Assembly: GCA_017991515.1 (NCBI GenBank)
Contig: JAGOQI010000001.1
Span: 41,641-105,640, forward strand
Direction of reading: 5' to 3'
Length of the DNA stretch: 64,000 nt
DNA from: Minisyncoccota bacterium
Lineage (GTDB): Bacteria > Patescibacteriota > Minisyncoccia > Phycocordibacterales > UBA9973
Under the pieces are notes generated by a model, which was given only the letters and a program-made list of their open reading frames with translations, ran no database searches and was not told the DNA's origin. The position numbers and the translations under genes were made by a program. Every line of letters starts with the position of its first letter. Position 1 is the first letter of the stretch. Below are positions 1-8,133 of this stretch, in pieces.

Positions 1-606
1 GCAGCTCTTGGTGCCGGTGTTGCTATTAATGAAGCTCGTGGACACATGATTATCGATAGTGGAGGAGGGACAACAGATATCGCTGTTATATCACTCGGTG
101 GTGTTGTGGCTTCAACTTCTGTTAAATGTGCAGGAAATAAAATAGATAAAGCCATCGTTGAATATTTGAAAAAGACACATAACTTATCAATAGGAGATCA
201 AACAGCAGAAGAAACAAAGAAAAATTTATGTTCAGCTATGGCTGTTTCTCCTGATATGAAAGCTGATATAAAGGGTCGTGATAGCATCACCGGGCTACCA
301 AAAACAGTAACCGTCTCAACTAATGAACTTGTAAAAGCAATAGATCAAGAATTAAAAACAATAATTCGCGCTATTAAAGATGTACTCCAGCAAACTCCTC
401 CAGAACTTGCTTCAGATATTATTGATCACGGTATTGTTATGACTGGAGGAACAAGCCAGCTAGCTCATTTTGGAGACTTAGTAGCCAAACAAACAGGAGT
501 CTCAGTGAGAGTAGCTGACGAATCTCTGTACTGTGTAGTAAATGGCACAGGGGTACTTCTTGCTCACCTTGGGGATTATCAGAGATCTATTTTATCTAAA
601 AGATAA
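1..606 (+). CDS. mreB: Rod-shape determining actin-like protein MreB (5'-partial, continues upstream of window)
   Basis: Frame from nt 1 reads AALGAGVAINEARGHMIIDSGGGTTDIAVISLGGVV..., the MreB/actin ATPase phosphate-2 region; ends TAA at 604-606 overlapping the next ATG. Confidence 0.8.
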   Translation, partial: AALGAGVAINEARGHMIIDSGGGTTDIAVISLGGVVASTSVKCAGNKIDKAIVEYLKKTHNLSIGDQTAEETKKNLCSAMAVSPDMKADIKGRDSITGLPKTVTVSTNELVKAIDQELKTIIRAIKDVLQQTPPELASDIIDHGIVMTGGTSQLAHFGDLVAKQTGVSVRVADESLYCVVNGTGVLLAHLGDYQRSILSKR

Positions 607-1214
607 TGTTTAAAACATTACAAAGTTTTTCTCCTCAAAGAGTTTTCTTGGTTCAGGGAAATATAGAAACTTTTAATACATTAGTAGAAGACACTTTAGT
701 TCAAATTTCTGAATTGGAAAGTCAATCACTTTCTAGGTTTACCATGGAAGACGCGCAGAGAGTAGTTGAATTTAATTTAGAAAGAAAGTCTGGCTCTTGG
801 TGTATTGTTTATTTTGATGTTTTTGTTCCTGAAGCAGCGCAAGTGTTACTCAAAACACTAGAGGAACCTAGAGAAAATATTTATATAATTTTTGTTACCC
901 CTAGACCATATCTGATACCACAAACTATTCGCTCGAGAGTTAGACTTATTCCAAATATTATTTCAAACAAAGAACCAAAATACCTATCCTCAAAACAATC
1001 TCTTCTCGAATATGTAAAAGAAACTTTTGGAGATGATAGTGTAGATGCATCTGTTAGAAGAGCTAAGGCCACTACTTTATTTGATTCGCTTGAGCATTAT
1101 GTTCAAAAAGACAGCGAAAAGTTAAAAGTGGTTTATGAAGCAAAAGATATGCTATTTAAGGCTAATATGCCGACTAAACAAGTAGTGGAGTTCTTAGTAA
1201 CTATGCTCTATTGA
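606..1214 (+). CDS. holB: DNA polymerase III delta'-like clamp-loader subunit (short form)
   Basis: Motifs LLKTLEEP and TIRSRV match the delta'/AAA+ clamp-loader sensor region; 1-nt overlap with mreB stop; TGA stop. Confidence 0.5.
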   Translation: MFKTLQSFSPQRVFLVQGNIETFNTLVEDTLVQISELESQSLSRFTMEDAQRVVEFNLERKSGSWCIVYFDVFVPEAAQVLLKTLEEPRENIYIIFVTPRPYLIPQTIRSRVRLIPNIISNKEPKYLSSKQSLLEYVKETFGDDSVDASVRRAKATTLFDSLEHYVQKDSEKLKVVYEAKDMLFKANMPTKQVVEFLVTMLY

Positions 1215-1314
1215 GTTATCCACAGGTCACTATTGCTTTATTATTACCAATAATCTATATTATCTGAACTGGTCACCTTGAAATGTTTACATGGATTGGT
1301 GACCGGTACACAAC

Positions 1315-1336
1315 ATCCCCGCAAGGGGATTTTGTG
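1315..1336 (+). terminator. Hairpin ATCCCC-GCAA-GGGGAT with GNRA loop followed by TTTTG; likely terminator of mreB-holB unit
   Basis: Perfect 6-bp GC-rich stem with GCAA tetraloop then T-run, read directly. Confidence 0.4.
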
Positions 1337-1407
1337 CTTCTGGGTAAATGTTTGATTGACTGCGCAGGACAGAGAGGATAAAGTGTAAGAAACAAAACTT
1401 AAAGTTT

Positions 1408-1563
1408 ATGAAAAAAATATTATTTTTTGTATTTTTCTTATCCTTATTATCCTTGGCGGGTATATATGGAGGAAGAGATAGTGAAAGTAATGAAATAAAA
1501 AAAGTAGAAAAGGATTCTACTTTTTTACAAAAAAACGGAGGAATTCCTTCTTTAAATTTTTAA
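1408..1563 (+). CDS. Small secreted/lipo-like peptide (51 aa, N-terminal signal-peptide-like hydrophobic segment)
   Basis: ATG 1408..TAA 1563 gives MKKILFFVFFLSLLSLAGIYGGRDSESNEIKK...; below ORF-track size cutoff; preceded by TTGACT-N17-TAAAGT promoter-like sequence at 1353-1381 and followed by terminator. Confidence 0.3.
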   Translation: MKKILFFVFFLSLLSLAGIYGGRDSESNEIKKVEKDSTFLQKNGGIPSLNF

Positions 1564-1582
1564 ACAAAAACAAATTTAAAAA

Positions 1583-1617
1583 GCCGTTCAGTAATACTGA
1601 ACGGCTTTTATTTTTTT
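1583..1617. terminator. Bidirectional rho-independent terminator (GCCGTTCAG-taata-CTGAACGGC) flanked by A-run and T-run
   Basis: 9-bp perfect stem, T-run 1606-1617, A-run upstream; sits between + small ORF and - strand gene end. Confidence 0.6.
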
Positions 1618-1622
1618 AAACT

Positions 1623-2018
1623 TTAATACCTTTCTGTTTTTAGATATTCACCATTATTAGAATAATAAATATTTTTATTTTCTCCCCAATCACCAAATTC
1701 GTAAATCTCCCAACACCCATAATGTATTTCTTTTTCTTTAAAATACCTTGAGTAAGAAAAACCTATATAACAAAGAAGTTTAATATTTTGTTCTTCAAAT
1801 AAACTAAAATTAAATTCTGAATGAGGTATTTCTATTTCTTCCACAATAACGGTCACATCCTTGCTGAACCAATTTTGAGAAGAAAGAAGAGTTTCAATTT
1901 TTTGTCTACAAATTTCAATATCTTTTTCTTTAAGATATTTCATGTTGGCTTCGGCAGGAATAGAAAATTTTTCTATAATACCTTTAGAAAGTATTTTGAA
2001 TGTTTTTATTTTTTTCAT
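1623..2018 (-). CDS. Hypothetical protein (131 aa), first gene of divergent pair A
   Basis: Intact ORF; start sits beside the conserved promoter block; SD-like AAGGTGA upstream on minus strand. Confidence 0.5.
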   Translation of the reverse strand: MKKIKTFKILSKGIIEKFSIPAEANMKYLKEKDIEICRQKIETLLSSQNWFSKDVTVIVEEIEIPHSEFNFSLFEEQNIKLLCYIGFSYSRYFKEKEIHYGCWEIYEFGDWGENKNIYYSNNGEYLKTERY

Positions 2019-2033
2019 TTGTTAAGTTTTTTT

Positions 2034-2065
2034 TCACCTTACAACCATCTCTTGACTTTGTCAAA
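2034..2065. promoter_or_regulatory. Conserved bidirectional promoter/operator block copy A: TCACCTTACAACC-N5-CTTGACTTTGTCAAA (palindrome TTGACTTTGTCAA at 2052..2064)
   Basis: Near-identical block recurs at 3156..3187. On the + strand it reads TTGACT-N17-TAGAGT; on the - strand it reads TTGACA-N17-TAAGGT. Confidence 0.45.
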
Positions 2066-2115
2066 TAGAGAGGGTAGAGTACTAAAAAATTCATTCTTAA
2101 CTAAAGCAAAATAAT

Positions 2116-2649
2116 ATGAAAGTACTTACAGTAAAACCTGTTCAAAAGATTGAAAATCTAGAAGATTTCTTCAAGTCCAGGTCTTCCAAAAAAACTGAAC
2201 TCAATAATGAGATCCAAGAGCTTATAATTAAGCTAAAAAAAGAAGCTAAGAAACACGAGGAGATACTTCTCTATTCTCTGCAATTAGATGAAATAATTAC
2301 TTTTTTAGGGAAACAATTACGGGAAAATTTTTATAGTAACTTTGTTTATCCAGAAACTGGACTTTTCCTCAGACAAATTGATTTTGTTCACAGAGAATAC
2401 ATTGGTGATTTAGGTCTTAAGTACTGGAACAATGTTTTAATACTGTTTAAGTTTAATGACGAAAGATTCAATGGCGAAATGTCGTTGTCGTCACTTGGTT
2501 TTAATGACGAAAAATTAAGAATCACAGAACAGGTTGTTGGTCTTGGCTTCGACCCTTCATTCGCAGATAAAGATAAGTACCTTTTAGTAAAAACTCTTTT
2601 AAAAGAGGTGAGGAGCACTATTACAAAGGCTGGTGGTATGAGTAATTAG
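2116..2649 (+). CDS. Hypothetical protein (177 aa), second gene of divergent pair A
   Basis: Intact ORF downstream of conserved promoter block; no recognisable family. Confidence 0.5.
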   Translation: MKVLTVKPVQKIENLEDFFKSRSSKKTELNNEIQELIIKLKKEAKKHEEILLYSLQLDEIITFLGKQLRENFYSNFVYPETGLFLRQIDFVHREYIGDLGLKYWNNVLILFKFNDERFNGEMSLSSLGFNDEKLRITEQVVGLGFDPSFADKDKYLLVKTLLKEVRSTITKAGGMSN

Positions 2650-2660
2650 TAAACAATTTT

Positions 2661-2696
2661 AGCAGGCGACCAATAGGTTTCCTGCTTTTTTCTTTT
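2661..2696 (+). terminator. Rho-independent terminator (AGCAGG...CCTGCT + T10)
   Basis: 6-bp stem, 14-nt loop, long T-run directly after 2116..2649 stop. Confidence 0.45.
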
Positions 2697-2753
2697 GTAT
2701 TACAAATAGTATTAGTTTGCTCCGAACTTGGGATGATGTTCGAATAGAAATAA

Positions 2754-2776
2754 ATAAAAAACCGCCTAAAAGGCGG
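2754..2776 (-). terminator. Rho-independent terminator on minus strand (ACCGCC-taaaa-GGCGGT with T-run on minus strand)
   Basis: Reverse-complement reads GACCGCCTTTTAGGCGGTTTTTTAT just past the stop of 2798..3139. Confidence 0.55.
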
Positions 2777-2797
2777 TCATGAGATACTTAAAACTTT

Positions 2798-3139
2798 TTA
2801 ACATTCTTCATATGATACTTCTTTTCCAGTAATTAAACCCATTACACAAGCATCGTTGCCTCCTCCATAGTACAGATAAAGATTGTTTCCTGCCCATTTA
2901 TAATCTTGAATAGTTTCGCCAGGCATTTTGAAATTTTCTCCTGTATAAAATGGTCCATATAAAATTTCTTTACTGTTGTCCCACACTAAGACATTCTTCC
3001 AATTACGGTTTTCATCGAATGTTTTTATTAAGTAAAGGTTTTCAGTAAGTGGTTCATTTACCATGTTAAATAAGTAGTAAACTATTTTTTTCTGAAGTTC
3101 TGTAAGTTTAAGATATAAACTTCTGTCTTTGATTTGCAT
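2798..3139 (-). CDS. Hypothetical protein (113 aa, Tyr/Gly-rich C-terminal half), first gene of divergent pair B
   Basis: Intact ORF; start beside conserved promoter block copy B; SD-like AGGTGAGGG. Confidence 0.5.
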   Translation of the reverse strand: MQIKDRSLYLKLTELQKKIVYYLFNMVNEPLTENLYLIKTFDENRNWKNVLVWDNSKEILYGPFYTGENFKMPGETIQDYKWAGNNLYLYYGGGNDACVMGLITGKEVSYEEC

Positions 3140-3155
3140 AATTTTAAAGTTTCCC

Positions 3156-3187
3156 TCACCTTACAACCTAACCTTGACTTTGTCAAA
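3156..3187. promoter_or_regulatory. Conserved bidirectional promoter/operator block copy B (palindrome TTGACTTTGTCAA at 3174..3186)
   Basis: TCACCTTACAACC-N5-CTTGACTTTGTCAAA, same spacing as copy A. Confidence 0.45.
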
Positions 3188-3216
3188 CAAATAAGTAAAA
3201 TGAAGAAAAAAATAAA

Positions 3217-3549
3217 ATGACAGAGAAAACGAGGTTATTTATTCCTGTAGAAGAAAATTTTGAAATTCTTGATAAGATTCTATTATTTTGTCTAAAACAT
3301 GATTTTGAATCTAATTTTTATCCTAAGTACTCTGAGGAATTTAAAAAAGAAGAAAGGATGCATCAGCTAAAAGAAAACTTTAAAAATCAAAAATACTTAG
3401 TAATTGATTTTACAAAAGATGGGATAAAAGGGGAAGATAAACATGTTTATTTTTATAGAATAAAAAAGAAATATTTTGAACCAGAAGAATTAGAAATAAG
3501 AGTAGAAGATATCAGAAAAATCAAAAAATGGATCAAAGAGAAAAAATAA
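3217..3549 (+). CDS. Hypothetical Lys/Glu-rich protein (110 aa), second gene of divergent pair B
   Basis: Intact ORF after conserved block; terminator follows. Confidence 0.5.
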   Translation: MTEKTRLFIPVEENFEILDKILLFCLKHDFESNFYPKYSEEFKKEERMHQLKENFKNQKYLVIDFTKDGIKGEDKHVYFYRIKKKYFEPEELEIRVEDIRKIKKWIKEKK

Positions 3550-3556
3550 TTTAAAA

Positions 3557-3586
3557 GCCACACTTAAACAGTGTGGCTTTTTTCTT
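3557..3586 (+). terminator. Rho-independent terminator (GCCACAC-ttaaaca-GTGTGGC + T8)
   Basis: 7-bp perfect stem plus T-run read directly. Confidence 0.6.
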
Positions 3587-3604
3587 TGTGTTATAATCTC
3601 ACCT

Positions 3605-4141
3605 ATGTACAACTTAGATTTGTTTAAAAAAGAGGCGAGTGGAACGCAAGAATGGCTTTCCAAAGAATATAGCCAAATACACACAGGACGAGCAAATCCT
3701 GCACTTTTGGATGGTGTTCATGTAGAGAGTTATGGCGCTACACAGCCACTTAAAAATACTGCTTCTATATCTATTGAAGACCCTAAAACTTTGAGAGTTA
3801 TTCCTTGGGATAAAGGCTTGAATAAAGACATTGAAAGAGCTCTTCACGAAGCAAATCTTGGTTTTTCTATAGCACTGGACGATGCAGGGGTAAGAGTTAT
3901 TATCCCGGCTCTTACTACAGAGACTCGTACCAGACTTGTAAAAATAGCAAAAGAGCGAATGGAAGACGCGCGTATCGCTATTCGTAAAGCTCGCGAGAGT
4001 ATGCTTTCTGATTTGAAAGAACAGTCACTACCCGAAGATACTTTTATAAGAGCAAAAGAAGAAGTTCAAAAGTTGGTTGATAATGCTAATGCAAACCTCG
4101 AAGCTTTATTTGAAAAGAAGGAAGCTGAGATCTTAAACTAA
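3605..4141 (+). CDS. frr: Ribosome recycling factor
   Basis: 178 aa; RRF-like throughout (…RANPALLDGVHVESYGATQPLKNTASISIEDPKTL…RTRLVKIAKERMEDARIAIRKAR…). Confidence 0.85.
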   Translation: MYNLDLFKKEASGTQEWLSKEYSQIHTGRANPALLDGVHVESYGATQPLKNTASISIEDPKTLRVIPWDKGLNKDIERALHEANLGFSIALDDAGVRVIIPALTTETRTRLVKIAKERMEDARIAIRKARESMLSDLKEQSLPEDTFIRAKEEVQKLVDNANANLEALFEKKEAEILN

Positions 4142-4143
4142 AT

Positions 4144-5193
4144 ATGACTATCATTTTATTTATTATTGTTTTATTAGTAACTGTTTTAGTGCACGAATGG
4201 GGGCATTATATTGCTGCCAAAAAAAGCGGAATGACAGTCGAGGAATTTGGTTTTGGTATTCCACCTAGACTTTGTTCTTGGAAACGAGGCGAGACTACTT
4301 ATTCTATCAACGCTTTGCCTTTTGGTGGATTTGTGAAAATAGCTGGAGAAAATGGTTTAGAAGAAAAAACTCCTGTTGATAAGCAATTTGAATCAAAACC
4401 TTGGTATAAACAAAGCATTGTTTTGGTGGCTGGAGTAGTTTGCAATATATTGCTAGCTATTTTACTTTTTACTATTTCTTATAGTATTGGCACACCTTCT
4501 TTAAGTGACAATGGAACTCCAACAGTTCTTCATGTGACCAAAGGTTCTCCAATAGATGAAGCGGGTATTAAAATAGGCGACACTATTGTTTCTGTTTCAA
4601 AATACGACAAAGAAATCACGCCTATAGATACCGAGACACTGAGAAATGCGATTGCTGGCTCAAATGATCCATTAGAAATAACCTTTGTTCATGGTCAAAC
4701 AGAATCTAATGTTTCTGTTTCTCCAAGAACAGAAGATGGAGTAACAGCTATTGGTTTAGGAGTAGAAAAAGTTGCATTAGAAAAAACTTCTCTTGGTAAA
4801 TCATTTATCCAAGCCAACAAGCAAACATTTTTTATAACAAAAAGTATCTTTAAAACTGTTGGTAATCTTGTAGCTGGATTGTTTTCAAAAGATAAAAACT
4901 CTCAAGACCTAATAGGTCCTATAGGGCTCGCTACAGAGATCAAAAATGCCTCTAATATAGGCTTCGGATACTTACTGGCATTCACTGCTATGATCTCTAT
5001 AAACCTTGCTGTTATTAACATTTTGCCATTTCCAGCACTAGACGGAGGTAGACTTATAATAGTTCTTCTAGAAAGGATAACTCGTCGAAAATTCTCTAAA
5101 ACAGTGGTCGGAATTATCCATGCAACAGGCTTCGTTTTACTTATCGGCTTAATGATTTTTCTTAGTATTGGAGATGTCGGAAGACTATTATAA
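4144..5193 (+). CDS. rseP: Site-2 zinc metalloprotease RseP-like (M50 family, with PDZ region)
   Basis: N-terminal TM helix with HEWGH zinc motif, internal PDZ-like segment, C-terminal LDGG motif. Confidence 0.75.
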   Translation: MTIILFIIVLLVTVLVHEWGHYIAAKKSGMTVEEFGFGIPPRLCSWKRGETTYSINALPFGGFVKIAGENGLEEKTPVDKQFESKPWYKQSIVLVAGVVCNILLAILLFTISYSIGTPSLSDNGTPTVLHVTKGSPIDEAGIKIGDTIVSVSKYDKEITPIDTETLRNAIAGSNDPLEITFVHGQTESNVSVSPRTEDGVTAIGLGVEKVALEKTSLGKSFIQANKQTFFITKSIFKTVGNLVAGLFSKDKNSQDLIGPIGLATEIKNASNIGFGYLLAFTAMISINLAVINILPFPALDGGRLIIVLLERITRRKFSKTVVGIIHATGFVLLIGLMIFLSIGDVGRLL

Positions 5194-5284
5194 GGGGGAC
5201 TTGACATATTGTTGACTTTTTCTGTATCCATGATAAAGTTCTTCTATTGATATGTTAGTTTTAGATTAAATAAATATTATTTTT

Positions 5285-6325
5285 ATGGCAGTTATAAGCT
5301 TCAAACCAAAACAAGTCACCAAAAGATTGCTTAGCACTCTTCAAGACAGAGCACACGACATTATCCTAAATAGATATGGTCTTGGAGACGACGCTGATTC
5401 AAAAACTCTTGAAGCTATCGGTAAAAAATACGGTATAACCCGAGAGCGAGTAAGACAAATAGAAAATGCTGCATTAGCTGCTATTCGAAAAAGTGAAACT
5501 TTTAAATCTGAACATAAAACATTTTCTGAACTTAAAGATCTTGTAGAGAGTATGGGTACTCTTGTTCATGAAGAAGATTTTCTTTCTGCTGTAGCGAAAG
5601 ATGCTATTACTCAAAACCATATTCATTTCTATTTAGTTCTAGGTGATGAATTTAAAAAATTAAAAGAAGATGAACACTTCAAGTCAAGATGGACAATAGA
5701 TGAGACTTTGTCTGATGTTGTTCATGACGCACTTCATGATGTTTATAAAAACCTAAGTGATAAAGATCTCCTTTCTGAAAATGATTTAGTTTTGCGTTTT
5801 ATCGATGAACTTAAAGATGTTTCTGAACAATATAAAAATGAAGAGATCGCAAAGCGATGGTTATCTATTTCAAAGAAAATAGCAAAAAATCCACTAGGTG
5901 AGTGGGGTCCTTCTGATTCTCAAAATGTAAAAACTCGAGGTATCAAAGACTTTGCTTATTTAATGATGAAAAAACATGGTTCACCTATGCACTTCCGTGA
6001 AGTAGCTAAAGCTATTGTGGATACTTTTGGACGCAAAACTCATGTTGCAACTACTCACAATGAACTTATCAAAGACCCTCGTTTCGTTTTGGTAGGTCGT
6101 GGATACTACGCACTTCAAGAATGGGGCTACAAACCAGGTGTTGTAAAAGATGTTATCGCTGAAATTCTTATCAAAGAAGGTCCTCTTACAAAAGAAGATA
6201 TAGTTGATCGAGTTCTAAAAGAAAGATTCTTAAAGAAAAATACTATTTTGGTAAATCTACAAAACCCAGATCATTTCAAGAAAATGGAAGACGGTCGTTA
6301 TACTGTAGTAAGTAAGAAGAAATAA
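5285..6325 (+). CDS. Sigma-70 region-4-like HTH fused to a HARE-HTH (RNAP delta N-terminal-like) domain protein
   Basis: LEAIGKKYGITRERVRQIENAALAAIRK resembles sigma region 4.2; C-terminal MHFREVAKAIVDTFGRK…ELIKDPRFVLVGRGYYALQEWGY resembles HARE-HTH. Confidence 0.4.
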   Translation: MAVISFKPKQVTKRLLSTLQDRAHDIILNRYGLGDDADSKTLEAIGKKYGITRERVRQIENAALAAIRKSETFKSEHKTFSELKDLVESMGTLVHEEDFLSAVAKDAITQNHIHFYLVLGDEFKKLKEDEHFKSRWTIDETLSDVVHDALHDVYKNLSDKDLLSENDLVLRFIDELKDVSEQYKNEEIAKRWLSISKKIAKNPLGEWGPSDSQNVKTRGIKDFAYLMMKKHGSPMHFREVAKAIVDTFGRKTHVATTHNELIKDPRFVLVGRGYYALQEWGYKPGVVKDVIAEILIKEGPLTKEDIVDRVLKERFLKKNTILVNLQNPDHFKKMEDGRYTVVSKKK

Positions 6326-6331
6326 AATACT

Positions 6332-6826
6332 ATGGCAGATGCACCATCAGGAGGATCAGGCTGGGGAACATTTGAAATAATACTAGGACTTCTCTTGGCT
6401 ATCGCACTATTATCTAATATTGGAAACAAGGGTGAAGTCTATAAACCACTTGAAGTTAAAGATACTCTTAAACAAAAAGTTGTAGAAGACGACACATCAA
6501 ACAGATGTGGTCTTTCTGTTACAGCACCACTTTCATTACAAAAAGTTTCTAATTCAATAAGACTTTCTGGTTCTGTAAATGGGTGTAATTGGAAACCTGA
6601 TGGCAATACCGCACTTTTTGCTCAAGTTGTAGATAAATCAGGGAAACCTGTTTCAGAATTTATAACAGTTGAAAGTAATGGCTCAAGTATTTTAAATACA
6701 GCTTTTGATACAAATATAAATATTACAGGTAATCCATCTGGAGTTGGATATTTGATACTAATACCTGCAACAAAACAAGAAAAATCTATCACTGTTCGTA
6801 TTCCACTTACTTTTGTTCGAAACTAA
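6332..6826 (+). CDS. Hypothetical secreted/membrane-anchored protein (164 aa)
   Basis: N-terminal hydrophobic helix; no recognisable domain. Confidence 0.4.
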   Translation: MADAPSGGSGWGTFEIILGLLLAIALLSNIGNKGEVYKPLEVKDTLKQKVVEDDTSNRCGLSVTAPLSLQKVSNSIRLSGSVNGCNWKPDGNTALFAQVVDKSGKPVSEFITVESNGSSILNTAFDTNINITGNPSGVGYLILIPATKQEKSITVRIPLTFVRN

Positions 6827-6853
6827 TAGCTCTTAATGATATAATCATAAGGC

Positions 6854-8128
6854 ATGCAATCAACAGTTACATCCTCGTACATCTTTAGCCAGATAGGTGT
6901 TTTCATAGTCTTACCAATACTTGTAGTAATGGCTTGGAATTTATGGCTCAGTTATATTCAAACTGTTTTTTTAAAAAGTATCAAATGGAAACTTATTGAA
7001 ATAAAACCACCAAAAGATGTTTTCAAATCTCCACTTGCTATGGAGCTTATGTTGAACTCTCTGTACCAAACAGGAGGAACTGGAAATTGGTTTGATAAAC
7101 ACTGGAAAGGAAATGTTAGAAATTATTTTTCTCTAGAAATAGTTTCAACAGAAGGAAGTATTCACTTTTATATACGGACAAGTGAGAAGTTTAGAAAAAT
7201 AATAGAATCCCAAATTTATGCTCAGTATCCCCAAGCTGAGGTTTTTGAAGTAGAAGATTATGCGACTAAAATACCAGATGTTAAAAAAGATGGACCAACA
7301 TCTCTATGGGGTTGCAACTTTGTATTAACAAAAGACGATCCTTATCCAATAAAAACTTATATAGACTACGGGCTAGATAAAGCGGTAGGGTCTTTAGAGG
7401 AAGAAGAGAGAGTTGACCCTATAACTCCAATGCTTGAATTTATGGGTTCTATTGGTATAGGAGAACATATTTGGTTTCAAATAAATGTTAGAGCGGCAAC
7501 TGATAGATTTTCTATAAAGAAAGATGGTAAAGTAGAGGAAGGGAAGAAGTGGACAGAAAAATCTAAAGAGCTTATAAAAGAGCTTAACGATAAACTCAAG
7601 GAGAAAGAAAAAGATGCTGAGGGTAAAACTACAACTTCTACTCGTAGGGCTACTAAGGGAGAACAAAATGTTATTGAAGGAATAGAGCGAAATGCTAATA
7701 AGTTTGGTTTTGATGCCTCTATCAGAGCTATTTATGTGACTGATAGTGAACATTTTGACCCGAACCGCATTGGTGGACTTACTGGTATGATTCGTCAGTA
7801 CAATACAGGGGACTACAACTCTTTCAAACCAAGTGGTACAACTAGCTTTGATTTTCCATGGCAAGATGTTTTTGGTAATAGAATTATAAAAAAGAAAAAA
7901 CACATCCTTTCTGATTATAAAGATAGGTCTGCTTTCTATGGAAGCTTTAATTTCAAAAAGATCAAAAAGTATTTTACTCATCCGAATAAAAGCGGTGACA
8001 CTCCTTTTATTCTTTCGACAGAAGAGCTGGCTACTATATTCCACCTTCCAGGTCGTGTATCAGAAACTCCTACATTTGCTCGTATCGAATCTAAGAAAGC
8101 TGAGCCTCCAGTAAACCTACCTATATAA
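6854..8128 (+). CDS. Hypothetical membrane-anchored protein (424 aa) with Lys/Glu-rich central linker
   Basis: One N-terminal TM helix; intact long ORF; family not recognised. Confidence 0.45.
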   Translation: MQSTVTSSYIFSQIGVFIVLPILVVMAWNLWLSYIQTVFLKSIKWKLIEIKPPKDVFKSPLAMELMLNSLYQTGGTGNWFDKHWKGNVRNYFSLEIVSTEGSIHFYIRTSEKFRKIIESQIYAQYPQAEVFEVEDYATKIPDVKKDGPTSLWGCNFVLTKDDPYPIKTYIDYGLDKAVGSLEEEERVDPITPMLEFMGSIGIGEHIWFQINVRAATDRFSIKKDGKVEEGKKWTEKSKELIKELNDKLKEKEKDAEGKTTTSTRRATKGEQNVIEGIERNANKFGFDASIRAIYVTDSEHFDPNRIGGLTGMIRQYNTGDYNSFKPSGTTSFDFPWQDVFGNRIIKKKKHILSDYKDRSAFYGSFNFKKIKKYFTHPNKSGDTPFILSTEELATIFHLPGRVSETPTFARIESKKAEPPVNLPI

Positions 8129-8133
8129 AAAAT

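Noticed and set aside
881-1072. 63-aa minus-strand ORF inside the holB-like gene
   Set aside because: Fully antisense to a well-supported CDS; no start context; typical AT-rich noise
1821-2114. 97-aa plus-strand ORF overlapping 1623..2018 and the conserved promoter block
   Set aside because: Phe/Asn-rich low-complexity translation of AT-rich DNA, antisense to a better ORF and running through the promoter palindrome
7394-8044. 216-aa minus-strand ORF within 6854..8128
   Set aside because: Antisense to a long ORF with coherent features; low-complexity translation
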